Assembly: GCA_041747075.1 (NCBI GenBank) | Contig: JBGTFW010000169.1 | Location: 527-64,526, forward strand | DNA length: 64,000 nucleotides | From: Pirellulaceae bacterium | GTDB taxonomy: Bacteria > Planctomycetota > Planctomycetia > Pirellulales > Pirellulaceae | Reading direction: 5' to 3' | The notes under the pieces: model-generated | What the model was told of the DNA's origin: nothing | The model's database searches: none | Seen by the model: only the letters and a program-made list of their open reading frames with translations | In this document: piece by piece, positions 39,301 through 50,362 of the stretch | Layout of the letters: each line of letters opens with the position of its first letter | Position numbering within the stretch: the first letter of the stretch is position 1 | Position numbers and translations under genes: made by a program

Positions 39301-39540
39301 AAAGGCGGCGCTTTCCAGCGGCGTCGCACCGACGCCCAGCACCGTGCCGTACACGGCACCGAACGAGTTGGCTTCGTCGTTAGAATCGACCGTGTTGTAA
39401 AACGGCGTGCCGTAAAAACGAATTCCGGGATGGGCGTCCGTGAAATCCTCAAGGGAAGTCACCTGCAAGCCAAATCCCGGAACATTGAACGCTACCACGA
39501 GAAACCAGCACGGCAGGAAAAGCGAAAAGCGACGCTTCAT
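36382..39540 (-). CDS. secreted zinc metalloprotease (HExxH gluzincin, thermolysin/fungalysin-like) with a shared C-terminal module
   Basis: The ATG at 39540 gives signal peptide [24 protein letters not shown] with downstream GEGSGD (Glu ligand region). The C-terminal ~445 aa are paralogous to gene 33414..36068. Confidence 0.7.
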   Translation of the reverse strand: [1052 protein letters not shown]

Positions 39541-39883
39541 CAATGAGCCCCCATCTTTAAGAAAGAAAACGTGCGAACGAGTCCAAATATCCTGGTTAGT
39601 CCGGAGATGTTTCAATTCAAACGAAACGAGCGGACTGGTTGTACCCGAAAATGGAGCGGGAACCCTTCGTTGAGAACGACGGCATTCGCCAGGTACCAGC
39701 TATTTTAGCTGAATCCATGAACCGCAGAAACCCCCTAAAGGCCCGATTTGGCGGGCCGATCGCTCCGCTGATCGGCACCCCCTCAACTTCCCGAACGGGT
39801 CCGCGTGGACCGCCTTGGAAAATCGCCGCTACTGCCTGATCATTCCGAAATGAGGTGTCGAGTCAGTCAAATCGATTTGCGGG

Positions 39884-41285
<1,402 letters not shown>

Positions 41286-41543
41286 TCAGAAACTGGCGGC
41301 GACTTGATGATGCGAACCGTCACAAAAGGGAGGCGTGCCGGTTTGCTTGCACGTGCAAAACCAGACCCGTTCCGCCTTTTCGGCGACGAAGACGTGGGGG
41401 CGAAACGCGCAGCCCTCCGCCTTGTGATTGCCGTCGCACAGCGGCTGGTTGGCCGACAGACCGCACGAACACCATGCGTATTTTTTGCCTGCCTCCAGTT
41501 CAAAGTCGATCGGTGCCGCGCCGGCACACCTGGGTTGTTCCAC
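41286..41543 (-). CDS. CDGSH-type iron-sulfur protein (two CDGSH motifs)
   Basis: CSCGLSANQPLCDGNH and CTCKQTGTPPFCDGSH. The GTG at 41543, preceded by agagg, is the likely start. The ORF extension to 41639 has no family-like sequence. It ends 15 nt upstream of thiC. Confidence 0.7.
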   Translation of the reverse strand: MEQPRCAGAAPIDFELEAGKKYAWCSCGLSANQPLCDGNHKAEGCAFRPHVFVAEKAERVWFCTCKQTGTPPFCDGSHHQVAASF

Positions 41544-41662
41544 AATTTGCCTCTGATGAGATCCGTGTCGGGTCGAATTATCGCACTTTTGCGGAGAGCG
41601 ACAAGTCGCAAAGGCCCATGCCGCCGCGAATTTCCGCATTGGTTAGATGAACAGCGCCCTGT

Positions 41663-41761
41663 TCGACGTAGCCACGCTTGCCAAAGCGTGGATCGACGTA
41701 GCCAAACCGGAATTCCCGCCGTTTGGCAACGGCAGCTACAAACACCGCGTTCGACGTAGCC
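41663..41761. repeat. three copies of the 11-mer tcgacgtagcc in the metH-CDGSH/thiC spacer
   Basis: Copies at 41663-41673, 41693-41703 and 41751-41761. Interleaved hairpins are ccacgctt-tggc-aagcgtgg and gccgtt-tggc-aacggc. gacgtagcc also occurs at 17305-17313. Confidence 0.8.
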
Positions 41762-41763
41762 AC

Positions 41764-44700
41764 CTACTTCAAGATCGGTGCCAGCCAGCGACGGACTTCG
41801 GCGATCGCCATCCGTTTTCTCGACGCATAGTCCTCCAACTGGTCCTCGTCGATCCGGTTCACCGCGAAATAGCGCGATTCGGGGTGGCCGAAGTACAAGC
41901 CGCAGACGCTCGAGCCGGGCCACATCGCGTACGATTCCGTCAAGTAAATACCCGTGCGGCGTTGAACGTCCATCATTTGCCACAGCGTTTTCTTTTGCGT
42001 GTGGTCGGGACACGCCGGATAACCGGGAGCGGGTCGAATGCCTCGATAACTTTCGTTCACGATATCGTCGAGCGAAAGGGTCTCGTTGCCTTCATAGCCC
42101 CATTCCTGGCGGGCGCGATGATGAAGCAGTTCCGCGAACGCCTCGGCCAGCCGGTCCGCCAGCGCCTTGACCATGATCGAGCTGTAATCATCATTGTCGC
42201 GCTCGTACTCGGCGGCGATCTGGTCGATCTGCATCCCGGCGGTCACCGCGAAACCGCCGATGTAGTCCTCGCGGCCCGAATCTGCCGGCGCAACGTAGTC
42301 GGCCAGCGAACGAAATGACTTTTGACCCTTGCGTCGCCACTGCTGCCTCAGCATGTAGAACCGCGCCAGTTCATGATCGCGCCGCTCGTCGCGCCACACG
42401 ATTACGTCGTCGCCGTCACTGGCGGCGGGCCAGAATCCGTAAACGCCCGTCGCGTTGACTCGCCGGTCGTTGATCAGTTTGTCCAGCATCGCGCGGGCGT
42501 TTTCAAACAGCTCGCGGGCGACCGGACCGACGTCGGGATCGTCAAGAATCTTAGGGTATTTGCCTTTCAGTTCCCACGTCATGAAAAAGGGCGACCAGTC
42601 AATGTAGCGTGCGATTTCCTCCAGTGGAAACGTGCTTAGCGACCGGACGCCAATAAATCCTGGCTGGTCGATTTGTACGTTCGCCCAATCAGTACGGAAA
42701 CGGTGTTTGAGCGCGTGACTGTACGACACAAGCTCCATATCGCGTTGTTCGTACGCGACCGCCAGCTTCCGCTGGATCGCGCGATTTGACGTGACGATCT
42801 CGTCGTGGCGGTCGTCACTGAGCAGGCGATCGACGACGCCGACACTCCGCGAGGCGTCCAGCACATGGAGCACCGGTCCGTCGTAGGCCGGCGCGATCCT
42901 TACCGCCGTATGCTTGTCGCTGGTCGTCGCGCCGCCGATGAGGAGGGGTGTTTTCATTCCGCGCCGCTTCATCTCCCCCGCTACGTGAACCATTTCGTCG
43001 AGACTCGGCGTGATCAGTCCTGACAAGCCAATGATGTCCGCGCCTTCCTTTTCGGCCGTTTCGAGAATCGTCTCGCACGGCACCATCACACCGAGATCAA
43101 CAATACGATAGTTGTTGCAGCCAAGCACGACCCCGACGATGTTTTTGCCAATGTCATGGACGTCCCCCTTGACGGTCGCCATGACGATCGTGCCGCGGCG
43201 GTCGTCGTGAGTCAAACCGGCCTCGAATTTTTCCTGTTCCATAAAGGGGAGCAGGTGGGCGACCCCTTTCTTCATCACCCGCGCCGATTTGACGACTTGC
43301 GGAAGGAACATCTTGCCGCTGCCGAAGAGGTCGCCGACGATCGCCATGCCGTCCATCATCGGTCCCTCGATCACGTCCAGGCAGCGGGTGGATTCCTGCC
43401 GCGCTTCCTCGACATCCTCGACGATGAAGCGATCGATTCCCTTGACCATTGCGTGGGAAATCCGTTCGGCAACGCTCGCGTCGCGCCATTCGGGGCTATC
43501 CTCGCGGTCCTTCCTCGTTTTCTTGCGGACCGTTTCGGCGAACTCGAGCAACCGGTCCGTCGCATCGGGGCGGCGATTGAGGATCACATCCTCGACACGC
43601 TCGAGCAATTCGGGCGGAATCTCCTCGTAGATTTCCAGTTGCCCGGCATTGACGATGCCCATGTCAAGTCCGGCCTTGATCGCGTGGTAGAGAAAGGCCG
43701 CGTTGATCGCCTCGCGCACGACGTCGTTGCCTCGAAAGCTGAAGCTCACGTTGCTGACACCGCCGGAGACTTTCGCACCCGGACATTCCTCCTTGATCCG
43801 CCGCGTCGCCTCGAAGAAGTTCACGGCATAGTTGTTGTGCTCGTCCATCCCCGTCGCGATCGTGAGGATATTCGGGTCAAAGATGACGTCCTCGGGCGGG
43901 AAGCCGACCTCGCCGGTAAGAAGTTCAAATGCCCGCCTGCAAATACGCACCTTGTCATCCGCCTCGACCGCCTGCCCCTTTTCGTCAAAGGCCATGACGA
44001 CCGCGGCTGCTCCGTAACGGCGCACCAGCCGCGCGCGTTCGAGAAACTCCTCCTCGCCTTCCTTCAGGCTGATTGAATTGACGATCGCCTTGCCCTGGAC
44101 AGTCCGCAACCCGGCTTCGATGACCGACCATCTGCTGCTGTCGATCATCACGGGGACGGCGCTGATGTCGGTTTCACCGGCGATCAGGCGCAGGAAATGC
44201 GTCATTGACTCCTCGCCATCGAGGAGGGCGTCGTCCATGTTGATGTCGATCACGGCCGCACCCCCTTCGACCTGCTCGCGCGCGACCTCGACCGCCTCTT
44301 CAAATTTTCCGTCGCGGATCAGGCGCGCGAACCTGCGGCTCCCCGTCACGTTCGTTCGCTCACCAATCATGAGGAAATTCGATTCCGGCCGCAGCGTCAA
44401 CGGCCGCGAGCCAGACAACCGCGTCCACGGATCGACGGTCGAACGACGGTGCGGGCTGACGCCGTTGACGGCGTCGTGGATCGCGCGAATGTGAGCCGGT
44501 GTCGTGCCGCAACAGCCTCCCACGATGTTGACCCAGCCGTTGCGCGCCCACTCGCCGAGCATCGTCGCCATCCGTTCAGGCCTTAAATCGAATTCGCCCA
44601 TCTCGTTGGGCAGGCCCGCGTTGGGATGACAACTGATGTAGGGCGTGGCGATCCGCGACAGTTCCTCGATATGCGGACGCATCACGTCGGGACCGAGCGC

Positions 44701-45504
44701 GCAATTGACTCCCACCGACAACATCGGAAAGTGGGCGATCGAATTCCAGAAGGCTTCCACGACCTGGCCGGAGACAAATGTCGAACCGGACTCGGCGAAC
44801 GTCCCGGAAACCATCACCGGGACGACGTTGCCTGTCTCCTCACAATACCGCGAGATGGCGAAGAGACAGGCCTTGAGATTGAGTGTGTCGATCACCGTTT
44901 CGGGAAAGAGAATATCAACGCCCCCCTCGACCAGCGCGGTGACCTGCTGGTAATACGAGTCAGACATGATCTGGAAAGTCACGTCGCGATGCGCGGGGTC
45001 GTCGACGCGCGTGCTGATGGCGGTTTGCCGGGTAGTTGGCCCAATCGAACCGGCGATAAAACGCGGGCGCGAGCTGTCCTCGCGACTCATCTGCTCGACG
45101 GCCTGCCGCGCGCAATCGACGGCGGCGATATTGATTTCGCGAACGAGTTCCACGGGCAAGTCGAACTCGTCCATTCCGACGGGACTGGCCCCGAACGTGT
45201 TGGTCTCAACGATGTCCGCGCCGGCCCTCAGGTACTGGTAATGGATGTCGGCGATCTTCTCCGGGTGGGTCAGACAGAGGATGTCCGCGAAATTGGAAAG
45301 CTGCTTGTGATGGCCGGCAAAACGCTCGCCGCGAACGGCGTTTTCGTCCAGCTTGAGCGCATACACCATCGTCCCCATCGCCCCGTCAAGCACCAGAATG
45401 TCGCTGGCAAGCCGCTCGTGGAGCAAGGCGGCGGCGTTTTCCTGCTGGACGATCGACATGGGCAATTTGGGAATCTGTGCGGGTGCGGCAAGCGTTACGG
45501 GCAT
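41764..45504 (-). CDS. metH: cobalamin-dependent methionine synthase
   Basis: 1246 aa covering the Hcy-binding, pterin-binding, B12-binding ([11 protein letters not shown]) and AdoMet-activation domains. Confidence 0.95.
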   Translation of the reverse strand: MPVTLAAPAQIPKLPMSIVQQENAAALLHERLASDILVLDGAMGTMVYALKLDENAVRGERFAGHHKQLSNFADILCLTHPEKIADIHYQYLRAGADIVETNTFGASPVGMDEFDLPVELVREINIAAVDCARQAVEQMSREDSSRPRFIAGSIGPTTRQTAISTRVDDPAHRDVTFQIMSDSYYQQVTALVEGGVDILFPETVIDTLNLKACLFAISRYCEETGNVVPVMVSGTFAESGSTFVSGQVVEAFWNSIAHFPMLSVGVNCALGPDVMRPHIEELSRIATPYISCHPNAGLPNEMGEFDLRPERMATMLGEWARNGWVNIVGGCCGTTPAHIRAIHDAVNGVSPHRRSTVDPWTRLSGSRPLTLRPESNFLMIGERTNVTGSRRFARLIRDGKFEEAVEVAREQVEGGAAVIDINMDDALLDGEESMTHFLRLIAGETDISAVPVMIDSSRWSVIEAGLRTVQGKAIVNSISLKEGEEEFLERARLVRRYGAAAVVMAFDEKGQAVEADDKVRICRRAFELLTGEVGFPPEDVIFDPNILTIATGMDEHNNYAVNFFEATRRIKEECPGAKVSGGVSNVSFSFRGNDVVREAINAAFLYHAIKAGLDMGIVNAGQLEIYEEIPPELLERVEDVILNRRPDATDRLLEFAETVRKKTRKDREDSPEWRDASVAERISHAMVKGIDRFIVEDVEEARQESTRCLDVIEGPMMDGMAIVGDLFGSGKMFLPQVVKSARVMKKGVAHLLPFMEQEKFEAGLTHDDRRGTIVMATVKGDVHDIGKNIVGVVLGCNNYRIVDLGVMVPCETILETAEKEGADIIGLSGLITPSLDEMVHVAGEMKRRGMKTPLLIGGATTSDKHTAVRIAPAYDGPVLHVLDASRSVGVVDRLLSDDRHDEIVTSNRAIQRKLAVAYEQRDMELVSYSHALKHRFRTDWANVQIDQPGFIGVRSLSTFPLEEIARYIDWSPFFMTWELKGKYPKILDDPDVGPVARELFENARAMLDKLINDRRVNATGVYGFWPAASDGDDVIVWRDERRDHELARFYMLRQQWRRKGQKSFRSLADYVAPADSGREDYIGGFAVTAGMQIDQIAAEYERDNDDYSSIMVKALADRLAEAFAELLHHRARQEWGYEGNETLSLDDIVNESYRGIRPAPGYPACPDHTQKKTLWQMMDVQRRTGIYLTESYAMWPGSSVCGLYFGHPESRYFAVNRIDEDQLEDYASRKRMAIAEVRRWLAPILK

Positions 45505-45717
45505 TTTCGGTCGAGGCCGGGACCGGTTATATCCCGCAAGCCGAATAACCCGTTAACTTTATCGATCAATCACTAATTCGACAATCGATTCCGATTTATT
45601 TTAGTTGAGGGGCAGCGCAATTTCTCCCGCCCCACGACGGGATTGCTCCGTCCCCTCCAGCGCCTCGCGCGCTGGTCCTCGCTATATCCAAACGCGAACG
45701 AAACAGGGAAGTGGACC

Positions 45718-46692
45718 ATGACGCAACTCGGCACATCCCAATGGACCGGGCAGCAAACCGACTCGATGATCGATCCGGGCCTGCAGGAATTCCGTATCGG
45801 CGACAAACTGGTGCGAGTCGACGCGCCCAACCACGTGCTCGCCGCGCCTCACCGCAAGCTGGAAAAGTACGCTGGCGTCGCCTCGCGACCCGCAAGCTGG
45901 GGGCTGGGGAGCGGTACGATCGAAATCGGCATCAACGACGCAGTCGAGACGCACCGCGAGCCGAACGATGCCCACGCGCCCGTTTCGGGAACCCACACGA
46001 CGGTTCCGGTTCCAACCGGTCCGCTGAACATCAAGCCGGCGTGGGAAGTCGACTATTTCCGATGGCCAAGGCTGGCGCGACGGCTGCTCAAGATGCACCA
46101 CGATTTGTTCGATCAAATCGGCAACTGCCTGCTGGAACAAATGGAGCCGACGCGGCGGCGTATCGGCATTTGCAGCACCTTTCCGCGCGAGGGAAAGACG
46201 ACGCTGGCAATTTGCCTCGCGCGTTGGGCGGCACTGACCGGCTACCGGGTACTGCTAATCGACGCCGACATTGACCGACCGCACTTGACCAACTGTTCGG
46301 GGCTGGACATCGGCTACGGATGGGGGGACGTACTGAACGGCGACTGGCCGCTGTCCGAAGCGCTGATTCGTTCCGTCGAGACGGGGCTGACGTTCCTCCC
46401 GGCGTCGACCAACAACCCCTCCCTCATCCACCACAAGTCGCTCGATCGGCTGTGCATGATTTCATTCCAGATGAAGTACGAATATGACATCGTCGTGATG
46501 GACCTCGGAACGATCGAGGGAATCTGCGTTCACGGGACGGAGGGGATGGACCTTGTCGACACGATGCTGATTGCCCGCGACCCGTCGACGACGTCAGTGG
46601 GCCAGATGATGGACACGCGAACGGTGCTGCACAATCTGGGGATGGTGAAGACGTTTGTCGCGCAGAATTTCGCGCGCGGCAAGGTGGCGTGA
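45718..46692 (+). CDS. P-loop ATPase of the BY-kinase/ParA-MinD type with a unique N-terminal region
   Basis: The ATG at 45718 lies within ORF 45643..46692. Walker A CSTFPREGKTT, A' VLLIDADIDRP, Walker B DIVVMDLG. No C-terminal Tyr cluster. Confidence 0.6.
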   Translation: MTQLGTSQWTGQQTDSMIDPGLQEFRIGDKLVRVDAPNHVLAAPHRKLEKYAGVASRPASWGLGSGTIEIGINDAVETHREPNDAHAPVSGTHTTVPVPTGPLNIKPAWEVDYFRWPRLARRLLKMHHDLFDQIGNCLLEQMEPTRRRIGICSTFPREGKTTLAICLARWAALTGYRVLLIDADIDRPHLTNCSGLDIGYGWGDVLNGDWPLSEALIRSVETGLTFLPASTNNPSLIHHKSLDRLCMISFQMKYEYDIVVMDLGTIEGICVHGTEGMDLVDTMLIARDPSTTSVGQMMDTRTVLHNLGMVKTFVAQNFARGKVA

Positions 46693-46795
46693 TCGACCCA
46701 AAGAGGGCTGGCAAGGACTTCAGCAGGTCCTGTGAGTTTCGCGCTTTCTGGTACAATGCGTGCTTCCGCACCCTCTCCGCCTATCGATCCCGGGA

Positions 46796-48208
46796 ATGCC
46801 TGATCCCTCTTCCACTCGCCGGTTTCTGCTGTCATTCGATCAGGGAACGCTCTTGCTGAAGGGCTGTTCAGCAGAAGCCGTTACGAAAATCTTTGGCGAC
46901 AGCTACTGGACGCGCGATCACCGCGTCGATGGCTGGCGATGCGATGCAATGTCCTATGCCGACGTCGCCGGCGCGCTTGCCCGGAAAGCGTCCGCGTTCG
47001 AGGACGTCGTTCCTGATTTCGGAGACGTTCAGTGGAAACAACGGACGATTCATTCGCCGAGAGGCGAGCAGGAGGAGGCGATTTCCGCGTGGATCAACCT
47101 GTGCCGGGGCGTCATCGTCATGCCGACCGGGACCGGCAAGACGGAAGTCGCGTTGCACTTGATGGCCGATACGTCATGCAGCACGCTGGTCGTCGCGCCC
47201 GTCCGCGACTTGATGTACCAGTGGCACCGACGGATTCTCGAGGCTTTTGGCGTCGACGCGGGAATCATCGGTGACAACACGTTCAACGTTCGCCCTGTTT
47301 CGGTCACAACCTACGACAGCGCGGCAATCCATGCCGCCAAACTCGGGAACCGGTTCAAACTCGTTATCTTCGATGAATGCCACCACCTCCCCGGCGACTT
47401 TCGCCGCGACGCCGCGGTCATGTCGATCGCTCCATGGAGAATGGGACTGACAGCAACGCCGGAACGTTCCGACGGACGGTGCCGCGACCTTGAATTCCTG
47501 ATCGGACCGGTTGTCTATGACCTGCCGATCCAGAAGGTCAAGGGCCGAACGCTCGCCGATTACGACGTCGTCCGGATTCCCGTGCATTTGTCCGCCGCCG
47601 AACAGACCATCTATAATGAATGTTCGCGATCCGTTCGATCGTTCATGCACGAACGTCGCAAGACGGACCCGGATTTTGACTGGCGGACGGCGTGCGGCGA
47701 CGCGATCCGGGACCCGGAAGCGCGGCAGGCCATGGTCGCCCGCCGTCGGAAGCAGTCGATCGAGGACCGTGCGGCGGAAAAGCTCCGTGTCCTGGAGGAC
47801 CTGTTTCGATTGCACGCGGGTGCTCCGATCATCGTCTTTGCCGGTTCCAATGCGATGGCAAGGGACATTTCGCTGCGGTTCTTGATCCCTTGTTTGCTGA
47901 ACCACTGTGGCAAGCGGGAACGCGCTGACATCCTCGACGGATTGCGAAACGGAACCTACCCGGCCCTTGTCGCCAACCAGGTTCTCGACGAAGGTGTCGA
48001 CCTTCCGGCCGTCAAGGTCGCCATTGTTGTCGGCGGTTCGGCGTCGGGCAAGCAGGCCCGCCAGCGACTGGGCCGAATCCTCCGCCGTCGAGGCAATGCC
48101 CGCGCGACGCTGTACGAGGTCGTCTGCCAGGATACGAGTGAAACGTTGCGGTCGCGGCGCCGGAGACAAAACGATGCTTACGCGGGAACACGCCATCGCC
48201 GAGTATGA
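46796..48208 (+). CDS. XPB/Ssl2-like SF2 DNA helicase
   Basis: N-terminal damage-recognition-like domain (RFLLSFDQGTLLLKG). Motif I MPTGTGKT, motif II FDECHH, motif III LTATPERSDGR (the XPB RED-motif position reads RSD), motif VI QRLGRILRR. A TACAAT box at 46752-46757 precedes the ATG at 46796. Confidence 0.75.
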   Translation: MPDPSSTRRFLLSFDQGTLLLKGCSAEAVTKIFGDSYWTRDHRVDGWRCDAMSYADVAGALARKASAFEDVVPDFGDVQWKQRTIHSPRGEQEEAISAWINLCRGVIVMPTGTGKTEVALHLMADTSCSTLVVAPVRDLMYQWHRRILEAFGVDAGIIGDNTFNVRPVSVTTYDSAAIHAAKLGNRFKLVIFDECHHLPGDFRRDAAVMSIAPWRMGLTATPERSDGRCRDLEFLIGPVVYDLPIQKVKGRTLADYDVVRIPVHLSAAEQTIYNECSRSVRSFMHERRKTDPDFDWRTACGDAIRDPEARQAMVARRRKQSIEDRAAEKLRVLEDLFRLHAGAPIIVFAGSNAMARDISLRFLIPCLLNHCGKRERADILDGLRNGTYPALVANQVLDEGVDLPAVKVAIVVGGSASGKQARQRLGRILRRRGNARATLYEVVCQDTSETLRSRRRRQNDAYAGTRHRRV

Positions 48209-49379
48209 ATCGGGAACAGTCCGACCCGATTGGCTGACGCGCCAGCGGCACGCTCACTACGAGCGATTCGCCGAAGCGATGCTTGCCATTTACCGAAACG
48301 GGATCGGGCGAACGAGGGAGCAGCTTCATCAATCAGTCCACGCCCTCTTTGACGACGAGACCGAATGTCCCATTCGTCGAATCGATGCGTTCTGCAAGTT
48401 GCTGGACGAGAAATCAGAGTTTGACCGGGATCGCCGGGGTTCGGCGGCAAGGCTGCGGCAAGTGGTTTTTCAGCGCGCCGCGCTGAAGCACCCGCTGGTC
48501 AAGTCCGCCGACCAGTTGTTTGAATCCGACGAGGCGCGGGTCAAGCGGGAAATTGCCGGCGACCTTGGCAAGCCATGGAGAGAGATCGAACGATCGCTGT
48601 TCTCCGACGTCATCCAGTTCCACCTTTTGACGGCGTTCACCGGATATGAGTCGCCTGCCGACTTGCTTGCCCGCTACAATGTCGCGCAATGCCAGGCGGT
48701 CCTCTACGATGCCGTTTCCATGACCGTCTGGGCGCGGGAGGATTTCAAGGCGATCTTGCGTTACGCGAAACTGGCGCGGCTGATGCACACGATCGCGCGC
48801 CAGAGTGACGGCCAGTACCTGATCCATTTCGACGGACCGGCGTCGGTCCTGCGACAGACGCGGCGTTACGGAGTTGCCTTTGCCAAATTCCTGCCGGCGC
48901 TGCTCGCCTGTTCGTCATGGAAGATGAAAGCGGTGATCCGCCATCATCGGTCGCATTGGCAAAACCTCTTTCGGCTGTCGCCCGGGGATGGACTGAAGTC
49001 ACACCTGCCGCCGCCAGAGGAATTCGATTCGCGGCTCGAAGCCAGGTTCGCCGACCGCTGGGGGGGCGAACCGCGCGAAGGGTGGCGGTTGATTCGCGAA
49101 GGGGAAATACTGCACAAGCAACAAAAGGTGTTCGTTCCCGATTTCGCGTTCGAACACGACGGGGGTGCCAGCGTCCTCATGGAGATCGTCGGGTTCTGGA
49201 CGCCCGAGTATCTCGAGGCCAAACGGGAGAGTCTGAAGAGTTTTCCCGAACAACGCATCTTGCTGGCGGTTGCCGATTCCGTCGACTGGCCCGATTCGAT
49301 GCCCGGCCATTCGATAATCCGTTACCGAACGGCGGTGAAGGTCAACGACGTTCTCGACCAATTGCGGCAAACCGATTGA
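48174..49379 (+). CDS. DUF790 family nuclease (Bax1-like XPB partner)
   Basis: The in-frame ATG at 48174 (MLTREHAIAEY...) overlaps the helicase 3' end by 35 nt. The C-terminal PD-(D/E)xK-like block is VPDFAFEHDGGASVLMEIVGFWTPEYLEAK. Confidence 0.65.
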   Translation: MLTREHAIAEYESGTVRPDWLTRQRHAHYERFAEAMLAIYRNGIGRTREQLHQSVHALFDDETECPIRRIDAFCKLLDEKSEFDRDRRGSAARLRQVVFQRAALKHPLVKSADQLFESDEARVKREIAGDLGKPWREIERSLFSDVIQFHLLTAFTGYESPADLLARYNVAQCQAVLYDAVSMTVWAREDFKAILRYAKLARLMHTIARQSDGQYLIHFDGPASVLRQTRRYGVAFAKFLPALLACSSWKMKAVIRHHRSHWQNLFRLSPGDGLKSHLPPPEEFDSRLEARFADRWGGEPREGWRLIREGEILHKQQKVFVPDFAFEHDGGASVLMEIVGFWTPEYLEAKRESLKSFPEQRILLAVADSVDWPDSMPGHSIIRYRTAVKVNDVLDQLRQTD

Positions 49380-49416
49380 GCCGCCGACTTCCGGCGTCGC
49401 GAAGGCGTCTCGTCTC

Positions 49417-49514
<98 letters not shown>

Positions 49515-49535
49515 GGTCCTGTTTTCCGCGGTCAC

Positions 49536-50054
49536 TTACTCCGCGGATCGCTGATACTCCAGCAGCAACGTCTGGTTCTCGTCGTTCGATTCGAACGAGG
49601 AGGGGCGATAGCCGTTGATCGCAAAACAGATGACCAGTTTATCACCATCGAGGCGAGCAATTGCCTCGATCGTGCGCCCGGCGTTGGGACCCTTTTTAAT
49701 CACCATGTCGATCGGTTGGGGTTGACCCTCGTTAGCCTCGCCGGAAATCAAGTCGCCCGACTCGTCGTAACCGACGCCACGCGTCTGATACCTGCCGCCA
49801 TCGATGTCAAGGACCAGCGATTCAAGTTGGGAACGCGGCACGGGTCGGCCCGACAATTTGCCGTTCAGGGGCCGCCACGTCCCGTTGCAATCCGCCAGGT
49901 CAAAGGGTGCCGGGGGGGCGATTGCGACGTTGTTTTCTTTGGCGGGCAATTCCTGGGCGGGCAATTCCTGGGCATTGGCGCGCGAGGGATCGCTCGCACC
50001 GGCCAGGAAAACGCCCAGTGAGACGACCAAAATGGAATGTAAGGTTGAGTTCAT
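49536..50054 (-). CDS. secreted TIGR03067-like (planctomycete lipocalin-like) domain protein
   Basis: The ATG at 50054 gives signal peptide MNSTLHSILVVSLGVFLAG. Also CNGTWRPLNGKLSGRPVP...IDGGRYQTRG...ARLDGDKLVICFA. Confidence 0.6.
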   Translation of the reverse strand: MNSTLHSILVVSLGVFLAGASDPSRANAQELPAQELPAKENNVAIAPPAPFDLADCNGTWRPLNGKLSGRPVPRSQLESLVLDIDGGRYQTRGVGYDESGDLISGEANEGQPQPIDMVIKKGPNAGRTIEAIARLDGDKLVICFAINGYRPSSFESNDENQTLLLEYQRSAE

Positions 50055-50362
50055 GTCTCGTTCGTTTCGCAAGAACCTGGCTTAAACGCGCCTGGTCAAC
50101 TCGGACCGGCATGGCGGAAAAGCCAGACTTGTAGCAATTTGGACCCGTCCGTTCGAGAGTGATTTTTCACGAATCCAGGCAGACGAGTCTCGTTCATATA
50201 CGCCAGGATCACGAACGGGCACGAATATTGCACAATGTACGCTTCCGAAACCAATGGCAGCGGGGATTCCGGCGTTTTTCCACCATTCGGCACGCGTGAG
50301 TGCGAATTGGACAGGGGCTGACCGGGTTGGGCGGTCAGCGACCATTTACTTTCAGAAACTGA

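Noticed and set aside
41544-41763. Expected TPP riboswitch upstream of thiC
   Set aside because: I read the minus-strand leader base by base. There is no CUGAGA box and no ACCUGAUC...GGCG pyrimidine-sensor helix. I cannot exclude a divergent riboswitch without a covariance-model scan, so I do not annotate one.
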